NCBI GenBank assembly: GCA_963675915.1
Contig: OY780959.1
Location: 660,001 to 692,000, forward strand
Direction of reading: 5' to 3'
DNA length: 32,000 nt
DNA from: Coprobacillaceae bacterium
Lineage (GTDB): Bacteria; Bacillota_I; Bacilli_A; Erysipelotrichales; Coprobacillaceae
Below are positions 23,202 to 31,585 of this stretch, piece after piece; position 1 is the stretch's first letter; each line of letters starts with the position of its first letter. The position numbers were made by a program, and so were the translations under genes. The notes below the pieces were generated by a model. The model saw only the letters and a program-made list of their open reading frames with translations, ran no database searches and was not told where the DNA came from.

Positions 23202-25868
23202 ATGAAGAAATACGTTTACATGTTTAGAGAAGGTAACGAAACAATGAGGGGGCTTTTGGGTGGTAAAGGTGCTAATCTTGCTGCTATGGTGAATTTGAAT
23301 TTGCCAGTACCTCAAGGGTTTACCGTTACAACTGAAGCCTGCAACGAATATTATGAAGACGGGAAAATCATCAACGATGAAATGAAACGTCAGATTGATG
23401 CATGCTTGAGTGAACTTGAAAAAGTAACTGATAAAACTTTAGGCGGGAAAGAAAATCCGTTACTTGTTTCGGTAAGATCCGGGGCGAAGTTCTCAATGCC
23501 AGGGATGATGGATACAATCCTCAATCTTGGGTTGAATGATGAGACAGTGGAAATCATGGCTAAAAAAACAAATAATATCCGTTTTGCCTATGATTCATAC
23601 CGTCGTTTCATCCAAATGTATTCCGATGTCGCTTGTGGAGTTGACAAGGAACATTTTGAAGAAGTTTTGAATGAATTGAAAACAAAAGAAAACTATGAAT
23701 CCGATCTCGATATCACTGCAGAAGATTTCCGTGATATCGTCATCCCAAAATACAAAGGGATCTTCAAAAAATATCTGGGACGTGATTTCCCTCAAGATCC
23801 AAAACAACAGTTGATGGGGGCGATATTGGCGGTATTCTCATCTTGGATGAACAACCGTGCCGTGGTATATCGTAACCTGAATAATATCCCTCACGATCTG
23901 GGTACAGCAGTCAATGTTCAGGAAATGGTTTTCGGTAATATGGGTGACAACTCCGGAACTGGAGTTCTGTTCACTCGTAACGCCGCTACCGGAGATAACC
24001 ATATCTATGGTGAATATTTGATCAATGCCCAAGGGGAAGATGTTGTGGCTGGTATCCGTACCCCACAAAAAATCGACCGTTTGGCTGAAGATATGCCTGA
24101 CATTTATGATCAGCTGATCAAAATTGTCAAAGGTTTGGAACTTCATTATCGTGATATGCAGGATTGCGAGTTCACTGTTGAAGAAGGCAAACTATACATT
24201 CTCCAAACTCGTAACGGGAAACGTACCGGTCATGCAGCGTTGAAAATCGCGGTTGACCTGGTCCATGAAGGTCTGATCAACAAACCGACAGCTTTGACTC
24301 GAGTAGAACCTGATCAAGTGGCGCAATTGCTCCATCCAAACTTCAAAAAAGACGCTTTGGAAGCCGGAGAAGTCATTCTTGAAGGGTTACCGGCATCGCC
24401 TGGTGCGGCTTCAGGTAAAGTTTATCTGACTGCTGATGGTGCGGCTGATGCGACTGAAAACGGAGAAAAATCGATTTTGATGCGTCACGAAACATCACCT
24501 GAAGACATCAAAGGGATGGCGGCTTGTGCCGGAATCCTGACTTCTACTGGTGGGATGACATCACATGCGGCAGTTGTTGCCCGTGGGATGGGGCGTGCCT
24601 GTGTCGTTGGTGCTAAAGCACTGAGTATCGATTACAAAGCAAAAACATTCACAATTGAAGGAACTACCTATCCTGAAGGGACTGAAATTTCGATTGATGG
24701 TACTACCGGTAAAGTATATGCCGGAAGTCTTGATGTTGAAGAACAGGAACTTACCGGAGATTTCGCTGAATTGATGTCATGGTCTGATGAAATCAAGACT
24801 CTTGGTGTCAGAGCCAATGCGGATTCGCCAAAAGATGCTGCAACAGCAATCAAATTCGGAGCTGAAGGTATCGGTCTTTGCCGTACTGAACATATGTTCT
24901 TCGAAGGGGACCGAATCGAATTCGTCCGTCAGATGATCCTTTCGGATACACTTGAAGAACGTGAAAAAGCTCTTGATGAAGTATATAAATTCCAGGTGGA
25001 AGACTTCCGAGGAATTTATCGTGAAATGGTCGGATTACCGGTTACTATCCGTTTACTTGATCCGCCATTACATGAATTCCTGCCACACTCTGATGAAGAG
25101 TACGAAGCAGTAGCTGAAAAATTAGGAAAAACTTTAGCTGAAGTCAAAGCCAAAGGAGCTTCGCTTCACGAAGCCAATCCGATGTTGGGACACCGTGGTT
25201 GCCGTCTGGCGGTAACTTATCCGGAAATCTACAACATGCAAGTAAGAGCGATCATCAATGCGGCCATTGATGTCCAAACCGAACTTGGTTGCACTATCGT
25301 ACCGGAAATCATGATTCCGCTGGTAGGTCAACAATCGGAAATCGTCTATGTCAAAGGCAATATTACGAAAGTGATCGAACTTGAACTGGCTAAACGCAGT
25401 TCGAATATGGAATATAAGATCGGTACCATGATCGAAATTCCTCGTGCGGCGCTTACTGCCGATCAAATTGCCAAACATGCTGAGTTCTTCTCGTTTGGAA
25501 CCAATGACCTTACTCAGATGACCTATGGATTCTCGCGTGATGACGTTGGATCATTCATTCCTGATTACAAGGATAAAAAATTGGTTCAAGTGGATCCGTT
25601 CGTATCGCTTGACCAATCCGGTGTGGGCCAATTGGTTGAAATGGCTGCAGCCAAAGGACGTGCAGTCAAACCGAAACTTAAACTTGGTATCTGTGGTGAA
25701 CATGGTGGGGATCCTGAATCGATCAAATTCTGCCATAAAGTTGGTTTGAATTACGTTTCATGCTCGCCATATCGTGTTCTGGTTGCCCGTCTGGCAGCTG
25801 CCCAAGCAGCAGCTGAACAGTTGTTGGTGGCTCATTCAACCGAAGACATCATGGTAAAAGACAAATAA
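23202..25868 (+). CDS. ppdK: Pyruvate, phosphate dikinase
   Basis: 888 aa. GGKGANLAAM (ATP-grasp), phosphohistidine loop GGMTSHAAVVARGMG, and C-terminal PEP-utilising motifs FFSFGTNDLTQ and ICGEHGGDP. Confidence 0.96.
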   Translation: MKKYVYMFREGNETMRGLLGGKGANLAAMVNLNLPVPQGFTVTTEACNEYYEDGKIINDEMKRQIDACLSELEKVTDKTLGGKENPLLVSVRSGAKFSMPGMMDTILNLGLNDETVEIMAKKTNNIRFAYDSYRRFIQMYSDVACGVDKEHFEEVLNELKTKENYESDLDITAEDFRDIVIPKYKGIFKKYLGRDFPQDPKQQLMGAILAVFSSWMNNRAVVYRNLNNIPHDLGTAVNVQEMVFGNMGDNSGTGVLFTRNAATGDNHIYGEYLINAQGEDVVAGIRTPQKIDRLAEDMPDIYDQLIKIVKGLELHYRDMQDCEFTVEEGKLYILQTRNGKRTGHAALKIAVDLVHEGLINKPTALTRVEPDQVAQLLHPNFKKDALEAGEVILEGLPASPGAASGKVYLTADGAADATENGEKSILMRHETSPEDIKGMAACAGILTSTGGMTSHAAVVARGMGRACVVGAKALSIDYKAKTFTIEGTTYPEGTEISIDGTTGKVYAGSLDVEEQELTGDFAELMSWSDEIKTLGVRANADSPKDAATAIKFGAEGIGLCRTEHMFFEGDRIEFVRQMILSDTLEEREKALDEVYKFQVEDFRGIYREMVGLPVTIRLLDPPLHEFLPHSDEEYEAVAEKLGKTLAEVKAKGASLHEANPMLGHRGCRLAVTYPEIYNMQVRAIINAAIDVQTELGCTIVPEIMIPLVGQQSEIVYVKGNITKVIELELAKRSSNMEYKIGTMIEIPRAALTADQIAKHAEFFSFGTNDLTQMTYGFSRDDVGSFIPDYKDKKLVQVDPFVSLDQSGVGQLVEMAAAKGRAVKPKLKLGICGEHGGDPESIKFCHKVGLNYVSCSPYRVLVARLAAAQAAAEQLLVAHSTEDIMVKDK

Positions 25869-25880
25869 ATCTACCCCCAA

Positions 25881-25913
25881 AAAGGCTTTAGCAATCGCTA
25901 AAGCCTTTTTTTT
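25881..25913 (+). terminator. Rho-independent terminator of ppdK
   Basis: 9-bp stem GGCTTTAGC/GCTAAAGCC (25884-25892 / 25897-25905), loop AATC, T8 (25906-25913). Confidence 0.9.
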
Positions 25914-25962
25914 CGAGTAAACTACGAATTTGAGGTCAATATCTTTGGTGAGGTGATTGAAA

Positions 25963-26112
25963 GTGAATTGGAAATTTATTGTTGGTTTTGCTATCTTTGT
26001 TGTCCTAATGTTGACTGACTTGTTCGTATGTTCGGTCGACCTGGTTTTCTATTTGATGGTGATTGCTTTGTGCCTGTATTTAATGGTTTCATCGAGCAAA
26101 AAACAGGACTGA
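25963..26112 (+). CDS. Candidate small membrane protein (49 aa, 2 predicted TM helices), absent from the ORF track
   Basis: GTG start at 25963, 7 nt after GGTGAGGTG (25947-25955). Translation (M)NWKFIVGFAIFVVLMLTDLFVCSVDLVFYLMVIALCLYLMVSSSKKQD*. TGA stop at 26110-26112. Confidence 0.4.
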   Translation: MNWKFIVGFAIFVVLMLTDLFVCSVDLVFYLMVIALCLYLMVSSSKKQD

Positions 26113-26170
26113 GCATGTTTACTTCAAAGCCGAATTCCTTTAAAATATAAGTATTAGGAAAGGAGTTTTT

Positions 26171-27130
26171 ATGAAAAAATTTGATGTGACAGCATTGGGT
26201 GAATTGCTGATAGATTTTACGGAAAATGGTTTGTCGAAACAGGGCAATCAACTGTTCGAGGCTAACCCCGGAGGGGCGCCTTGTAATGTCTTGGCGATGT
26301 TGACTAACTGGGGTGATAAGACGGCCTTTATTGGAAAAGTAGGAAATGATTCATTGGGAAGAGATTTGAAACAGCGGGTAACCGGCCTGGGAATTGATAC
26401 TTCGAATCTGATGCTTGATGACAAGGTCCATACCACTTTGGCGTTTGTACATACGTTGGCGGATGGTGATCGTGATTTTTCATTCTATCGCAATCCCGGT
26501 GCCGATATGATGCTTGAGGGGGCTGAAGTCAATGACGGCCTGATTGAGGATTCAAAAATTTTCCATTTTGGAACGTTGTCGATGACTCACGAAAAAGTTC
26601 GTGAAGCGACAATCCATGCACTGGAAGTAGCTAGAAACAGTGGCTGTCTGATTTCATTCGATCCCAATTTGCGCGAACCTTTGTGGGACAGTCTGGAAAT
26701 GGCCAAAGAGCAGGTCCTGGTTGGCCTTGGATATGCCAATATTCTAAAAATATCGGATAACGAGATTGTCTGGCTTACCGGTAAGGAAGACTACAGTGAA
26801 GGGGTGGCCTGGATCAAAGAGCGATTTGATATTGATTTGATTCTGGTATCTTTGGGTAAAAGTGGTTCAATGGCTTTCTACAAGGATCTGGTGGTTGAAG
26901 TGCCTTCGTTTGTCAGAGAGGACACTATTGAAACAACCGGTGCCGGTGATACTTTCTGTGCAACTATCCTGCACCACGTGCTCGAGGTTGGTCTTGATAA
27001 TTTTGATGAAAGCAGTCTGGCTAAGATGTTGCGCTATGCCAACGCGGCGGCTTCAATCATCACTACCCGCAAAGGGGCGCTGATGGTGATGCCTTCAGTA
27101 GCAGAAATTGAAGAGGTCGTCAACGGATAA
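26171..27130 (+). CDS. PfkB-family sugar kinase (fructokinase-like)
   Basis: NPGGAPCNVLA N-terminal motif, TTGAGDTF C-terminal motif, 319 aa. AAAGGAG Shine-Dalgarno sequence. Confidence 0.85.
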   Translation: MKKFDVTALGELLIDFTENGLSKQGNQLFEANPGGAPCNVLAMLTNWGDKTAFIGKVGNDSLGRDLKQRVTGLGIDTSNLMLDDKVHTTLAFVHTLADGDRDFSFYRNPGADMMLEGAEVNDGLIEDSKIFHFGTLSMTHEKVREATIHALEVARNSGCLISFDPNLREPLWDSLEMAKEQVLVGLGYANILKISDNEIVWLTGKEDYSEGVAWIKERFDIDLILVSLGKSGSMAFYKDLVVEVPSFVREDTIETTGAGDTFCATILHHVLEVGLDNFDESSLAKMLRYANAAASIITTRKGALMVMPSVAEIEEVVNG

Positions 27131-27140
27131 TGACGTTAAT

Positions 27141-27171
27141 AAGACTTGTCGATAATGACGAGTCTTTTTTT
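27141..27171 (+). terminator. Rho-independent terminator of the sugar kinase gene
   Basis: 10-bp stem AAGACTTGTC/GACGAGTCTT (one G-U pair), loop GATAAT, T7 (27165-27171). Confidence 0.85.
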
Positions 27172-27298
27172 AATTATCCAAACTGCAGCTTGAAAAAGTA
27201 TTGGACTAAAATAGTCGTTTGCACCAAAAATAAGGCCTTTTGGGTAGTATTTTGATGTAAAAATTAGTATAATTATATTTAATGGAAAGGAGTCTGTT

Positions 27299-28093
27299 AT
27301 GATAATTACAACCTTGATAGAGAACAATCCGGACGAAAGCGGCAACCTAATTGACGAACACGGACTGTCGTTTCATATTGAATTGAATGGGAAAAACATC
27401 CTGTTTGATACCGGCGCCAGCGAGGCGTTTATCCAAAATGCAAAAAAAATGGAGGTCTCACTGACTAATCTTGATTATGTGATGATATCCCATGGCCACT
27501 ATGACCATGCGGGAGGATTTTTGGCCTTGAAGCCATATCTAAACAATCAGCCAAATATTGTCTTTGGTCAAGGCTTTTTCAACGGCAAATATCGCCATGA
27601 AGGCGGTAAATTCCATTATAACGGAATTCCATTCAAACAAGAAGATGTCGGTTTTGACAAGGTCGACATAATCACCGCTGACAAAGACTTCGGTGATTTC
27701 ATTGTTTTCAAAAACGATGTTGATGTGGTAAGTGAACGCTATGTGGTCGAAAAAGACGGAAAAATGGTTCCTGATGATTTCAACGATGAAATCCTGATGG
27801 GGATAAAAAAGGATGATGGTCTTATTTTGGTTATTGGCTGTTGTCATATGAAAATCGAGAATCTGATTGCAACTATCCAAAACAAGGGATATGCAATCAA
27901 GGGAATAATCGGCGGAATTCATGAATCAAAAAGTGATGATGTCCGAATTAATGAAATCATTGATTTGCTTGAACCGCTGAAACTAGAAATAATCAGCTTG
28001 TGTCACTGCACTGGCGACCGGTTCGTGGAACTGGCCCGGGAAAGAGGCTTGGCTGTTATAAAAAATCACACAGGAAAGAAGATTTGCTTATGA
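27299..28093 (+). CDS. MBL-fold metallo-hydrolase
   Basis: SHGHYDHAGG (HxHxDH motif) and downstream His/Cys ligand contexts (GGIHES, LCHCTG). AAAGGAG Shine-Dalgarno sequence. Confidence 0.8.
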   Translation: MIITTLIENNPDESGNLIDEHGLSFHIELNGKNILFDTGASEAFIQNAKKMEVSLTNLDYVMISHGHYDHAGGFLALKPYLNNQPNIVFGQGFFNGKYRHEGGKFHYNGIPFKQEDVGFDKVDIITADKDFGDFIVFKNDVDVVSERYVVEKDGKMVPDDFNDEILMGIKKDDGLILVIGCCHMKIENLIATIQNKGYAIKGIIGGIHESKSDDVRINEIIDLLEPLKLEIISLCHCTGDRFVELARERGLAVIKNHTGKKICL

Positions 28094-29070
28094 AAAATAT
28101 TATGATTGTCGCGACAGGCGGAACTATCGTCGGGCGTGGGGAAGTTGGGAAATCGAAACTATATGAGGCTGGCCAGATCAATATCGCTGAAATCCTCAAC
28201 ACGATTGGAAATGTCGATGATTTTGCCAATCTGGATTCTATTCAGCTTTTCAATGTGGACAGCAATGAAATTACAATCGAAAACTGGCTCCTTTTGAAAG
28301 ATACTATTAATAAGCTGGTCCAGGATGACAAGGTCGATGGGATTGTGGTCACTCACGGTACTGACACCTTGGATGAGACGGCGTTCTTTTTGAACCTGGT
28401 CTGCAATACCCCAAAACCGATTGTAATCACCGGTGCGATGCGACCGGCTACCGCAACAAGTCCGGATGGACCACTTAATCTCTACCAGGCAATTGCTCTT
28501 GCAAGCAGTGATGATGCGATTGGGATGGGAGTGATGGCGGTATTTTCCAACACTATCTATTCTTCACGGGATATCCAAAAGGATAATAACTTCAAAACTG
28601 ATGCGTTTTCGCAAAAGGATTTTGGTTGCCTAGGGTATATCCTTGATGAAAAAGCTTATCTGTTTTCAAAAACATATAAGCGGCATACCTACAAATCGGA
28701 ATTTGCGACCATGGAATTGGCACAACTTCCTCAAGTTGGAATCGGCTATTTCCACGTCGGGGCATCAAGTGAGGATTTGAAACGGGTTGCCCAAGACAAG
28801 GAAGGAATGGTGATTATCGGCAGTGGTACCGGTAATTACTCAAAAAGTTGGATTCAGGCAATCGATGAACTGCTCGATCAGGGCAAAATTATTGTCAGAG
28901 CATCAAGGGTCAATAACGGAATGGTTTTTGAAAACATCCATTTCGACCCCAGCAATCGCTGTGTCAATGCCAATACTCTTACAGGACCTAAGGCTCGGGT
29001 TCTGTTGATGCTGGCAATGGCCAAAACCAGGGATACTAAGGAGATTCGCAGAATCTTCGATGAATATTGA
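28090..29070 (+). CDS. ansA: L-asparaginase
   Basis: IVATGGTIVG (catalytic Thr motif), VVTHGTDTLDETAFFL, 326 aa. The ATG at 28090 overlaps the upstream stop (ATGA). The 30-codon 5' extension in the ORF track (28000) lies inside the MBL gene and is rejected. Confidence 0.88.
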   Translation: MKNIMIVATGGTIVGRGEVGKSKLYEAGQINIAEILNTIGNVDDFANLDSIQLFNVDSNEITIENWLLLKDTINKLVQDDKVDGIVVTHGTDTLDETAFFLNLVCNTPKPIVITGAMRPATATSPDGPLNLYQAIALASSDDAIGMGVMAVFSNTIYSSRDIQKDNNFKTDAFSQKDFGCLGYILDEKAYLFSKTYKRHTYKSEFATMELAQLPQVGIGYFHVGASSEDLKRVAQDKEGMVIIGSGTGNYSKSWIQAIDELLDQGKIIVRASRVNNGMVFENIHFDPSNRCVNANTLTGPKARVLLMLAMAKTRDTKEIRRIFDEY

Positions 29071-29073
29071 TCA

Positions 29074-30084
29074 ATGATCAGAAAAGCTAGTTTAGAGAGC
29101 CTTATTCTTCTTGCCCTCACCCTTGAAAACGATATTTTCGATGAGGACCATCTCAGTTTCAAGGAATGGCATACCATAGAAAGAGATTTGCGAATTTACG
29201 GCTTTGACTCTCCTGTGGAGTTGCTTAGCCATTCCATGAATTATCTCAAACAGCGCATGAGTCTTAATGAAGCCCTGACGGTCAAAATTGCGAATCGTCT
29301 TCAGGAAATTGACAAACTGATTGTGCTGCTTGAAAAATACAGTAATGAAAACATTAATATCCTGACCAAGTATGACCGGGAGTTTCCGGTTTACCTGACC
29401 AAACGCAGTCGGGACAAGTCATCACTTTATCTGTATGTGACCGGGTCAATCCGGAATTTGGAGCGGGGGATCCGCCTGTCGGGGCTGGCCAATGTTTCCA
29501 AAAACGAAGTTGAGTTGATTGAAAAGATTGTCGACAAGATCAAGTATGAAAACAAAAGTTACATCACTCTGGGGGAACCGGGGGTTGATCAGATCGGACT
29601 GGATTACGCCCTGGAACATGATGTTGATGTCATATTGGTTGTTTTCAAAGATTATTTTGAAAATATGAGTAAATATAAAAAACAGATCAAACGGAAAAAA
29701 ATGACTATCGTATCTCAGTTCCAGCCGGGAATCAAGTATAATCCGACCAATGAAATCGTCGGAGATGCCTTCAGTTCCAAAATGGCGGATTTTAGAATCG
29801 TGGTTTCTTGCCGGGTTAACAGCGGGCTGACTTGGTTCAATGCCATTCAGAACATGACCCATCACTGGACCAGGGTTTTGATTCTCGAGAACAATTGTCT
29901 TGGTAATGAACGATTGGCCAATTTCGACAATGTGATGCTTTACCAAGGAGATCTCAACTCCAATCATTCTTTTGAATATCTGTTTGAACAAAATCGGAAA
30001 TTGTCAGCTGAAGAGGTCAAGGAATTCACCCAGATGACAATCTTCGATTTCATTCCAGGAGGTGACGAAGATGAGGAATATTAG
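29074..30084 (+). CDS. Degenerate DprA/Smf-like (Rossmann/SLOG-fold) protein
   Basis: Co-linear with DprA: INILTKYDREFPVYL...SLYLYVTG (cf. YP..L..i..pP.vLf.kG), RGIRLSGLANVS (cf. aiVGsR..s), ITLGEPGVDQIG (cf. SGlAkGID), VSQFQPG, and RIVVSCRVNSGLTWFNA (cf. vvVvEa...SGsliTa). The GSR, GID and RNR signatures are all substituted. Confidence 0.6.
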   Translation: MIRKASLESLILLALTLENDIFDEDHLSFKEWHTIERDLRIYGFDSPVELLSHSMNYLKQRMSLNEALTVKIANRLQEIDKLIVLLEKYSNENINILTKYDREFPVYLTKRSRDKSSLYLYVTGSIRNLERGIRLSGLANVSKNEVELIEKIVDKIKYENKSYITLGEPGVDQIGLDYALEHDVDVILVVFKDYFENMSKYKKQIKRKKMTIVSQFQPGIKYNPTNEIVGDAFSSKMADFRIVVSCRVNSGLTWFNAIQNMTHHWTRVLILENNCLGNERLANFDNVMLYQGDLNSNHSFEYLFEQNRKLSAEEVKEFTQMTIFDFIPGGDEDEEY

Positions 30085-30679
30085 AACTGGGAAAATCACC
30101 GGAGTTTTGATTGCAATCTGTCTGGATGTTTATCTGGTGTCGGTAATCCGCTTTGGTTTTACGATGACAGCGCAAAATGGAATCGAGTTTGGTGGATTCA
30201 ATCCGATTTATGTGGTGTATTTCAATGAATATTATCGCCTGGTAACCGCCTGCTTTATTCATTTTGGAATCTTGCATCTGGCATTCAATGCTTATTCTCT
30301 GTATGTTTTTGGAACTTTCATGGAACTGATTCTAAAGACCAAAAGATACTTGGTTCTTACTATCGCCGGGCTGCTTAGTTCGACTGTGATTCCCTTGATT
30401 TTGTTTTTACTCTTTGGCTTTGGGGCCAATACAGTTTTGGGTGGAATCAGTGGGTTGATTTTTGCCTATCTAGGCGCTTTTACCTATCTTAGCTACAAGT
30501 ATCGGGATGTGTTCCGGCAGATTTTCAGACAATTGCTGCCAATCTTGCTGTTGAATCTGTTTCTTTCAATCTCGGTACCGACAATCTCGCTGGTTGGTCA
30601 TTTGGGTGGCTATGTCAGTGGATTTGTAATCATGGCGGCGATTGAATATTTCAGACCGTTGCGGAAAAAGTATTATTGA
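30071..30679 (+). CDS. Rhomboid-family intramembrane serine protease
   Basis: FIHFGILHLAFN (HxxxN), GISGLIFAYLG (GxSG) and GHLGGYVSG (catalytic His). The ATG at 30071 lies 8 nt after AGGAGG (30057-30062). It overlaps the upstream gene by 14 nt. Confidence 0.85.
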   Translation: MRNIRTGKITGVLIAICLDVYLVSVIRFGFTMTAQNGIEFGGFNPIYVVYFNEYYRLVTACFIHFGILHLAFNAYSLYVFGTFMELILKTKRYLVLTIAGLLSSTVIPLILFLLFGFGANTVLGGISGLIFAYLGAFTYLSYKYRDVFRQIFRQLLPILLLNLFLSISVPTISLVGHLGGYVSGFVIMAAIEYFRPLRKKYY

Positions 30680-30697
30680 TAAGGAGATGATCTTTCA

Positions 30698-31585
30698 GTG
30701 AAGAAAAAAGTAAGAAAAGCAATTATCCCAGCAGCCGGTCTGGGTACCCGTTTTTTACCGGCAACCAAGGCATTGGCCAAGGAGATGTTGCCGATTGTCG
30801 ATATTCCGACAATCCAGTACATCGTACAAGAAGCGGTTGCCAGTGGTATCGAAGAAATTCTGATAATTACCAACAGCAACAAACATTCGATGGAAAACCA
30901 TTTCGACCGCAATTACGAACTTGAAGAGCGACTGAAGCAAAGCGGCAAGATGACCGAATTCGAGATGATTACCGATATCGCCAATATGGCCAATATCTAT
31001 TACATCCGCCAAAAGGAACCCAAAGGACTTGGGCATGCGGTGTTGTGTGCCAAGTCGTTTATCGGTGATGAACCGTTCGCGGTGCTTCTTGGTGATGACG
31101 TTGTTGTCAATGATGGTAATCCGGCTTTAAAACAGCTGATTGATGCGTATCGTCAAACCGAAGCTTCGGTAGTCGGGGTTCAAACGGTGGATCACAATTT
31201 GGTCAACAAATATGGAATTGTGGAACCTTCACTTTCCCATGCTCCAAAAGGCCGTCTGGTCAAATTGGCGGGGATGGTTGAAAAGCCGGAGATCGACAAG
31301 GCCCCTAGCGACATGGCGGTTTTGGGACGCTATGTGCTGACTCCGGAAGTATTTGATTTGCTTGAAACCCAGGGAAAAGGGGCGGGCAATGAAATTCAGC
31401 TGACCGATGCCATCACCAGACTGATGGATCGTCAAGCGGTATACGCCTATGATTTTGAAGGGCTTCGTTATGATGTTGGGGATAAATTCGGATTTATCAA
31501 AGCGACAATCGACTTCGCTTTGGCAAGGGACAATCTCAAAGACCAAGTCAGCGAATATATTAAAAAGAAAGCGGAAGAATTATAA
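30698..31585 (+). CDS. galU: UTP--glucose-1-phosphate uridylyltransferase
   Basis: KAIIPAAGLGTRFLPATKALAKEMLPIVD, GLGHAV, LLGDD and VEKP motifs. GTG start with AAGGAG 11 nt upstream. Confidence 0.93.
   Translation: MKKKVRKAIIPAAGLGTRFLPATKALAKEMLPIVDIPTIQYIVQEAVASGIEEILIITNSNKHSMENHFDRNYELEERLKQSGKMTEFEMITDIANMANIYYIRQKEPKGLGHAVLCAKSFIGDEPFAVLLGDDVVVNDGNPALKQLIDAYRQTEASVVGVQTVDHNLVNKYGIVEPSLSHAPKGRLVKLAGMVEKPEIDKAPSDMAVLGRYVLTPEVFDLLETQGKGAGNEIQLTDAITRLMDRQAVYAYDFEGLRYDVGDKFGFIKATIDFALARDNLKDQVSEYIKKKAEEL

Noticed and set aside
25991-26251. 86-aa minus-strand ORF spanning the ppdK/sugar-kinase spacer.
   Set aside because: It overlaps the sugar-kinase start and its Shine-Dalgarno sequence, and it has no ribosome-binding site of its own. 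The plus-strand 49-codon ORF with a good Shine-Dalgarno sequence explains the region better.
27252-27273. Promoter for the MBL-asparaginase operon (TATAAT at 27268-27273).
   Set aside because: The only TTGnnn hexamer (27252-27257) is 10 nt from the -10 box and there is no TG extension. A -10 box alone in AT-rich DNA is not enough to call a promoter, so the operon promoter remains unassigned.
28000-28089. 5' extensions of track ORFs: 28000 (asparaginase), 4053 (fmt), 13408 (ntdp), 10760 (MazF-like), 9711 (membrane protein), 15422 (tsaD), 30062 (rhomboid) and 285 (rpsT).
   Set aside because: In each case an internal ATG sits 5-8 nt downstream of a clear Shine-Dalgarno sequence. The longer start falls inside a promoter -10 box, a terminator T-run, the Shine-Dalgarno sequence itself or the upstream gene. 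The family N-termini also match the shorter forms.
29446-29991. 181-aa ORF antisense to the DprA-like gene. Similar long antisense ORFs occur at 13507-13935, 19313-19768, 8464-8799, 8118-8450 and 25134-25478.
   Set aside because: All lie entirely inside well-supported sense-strand genes. They lack Shine-Dalgarno sequences and have unstructured-looking translations without motifs. They are typical shadow ORFs.
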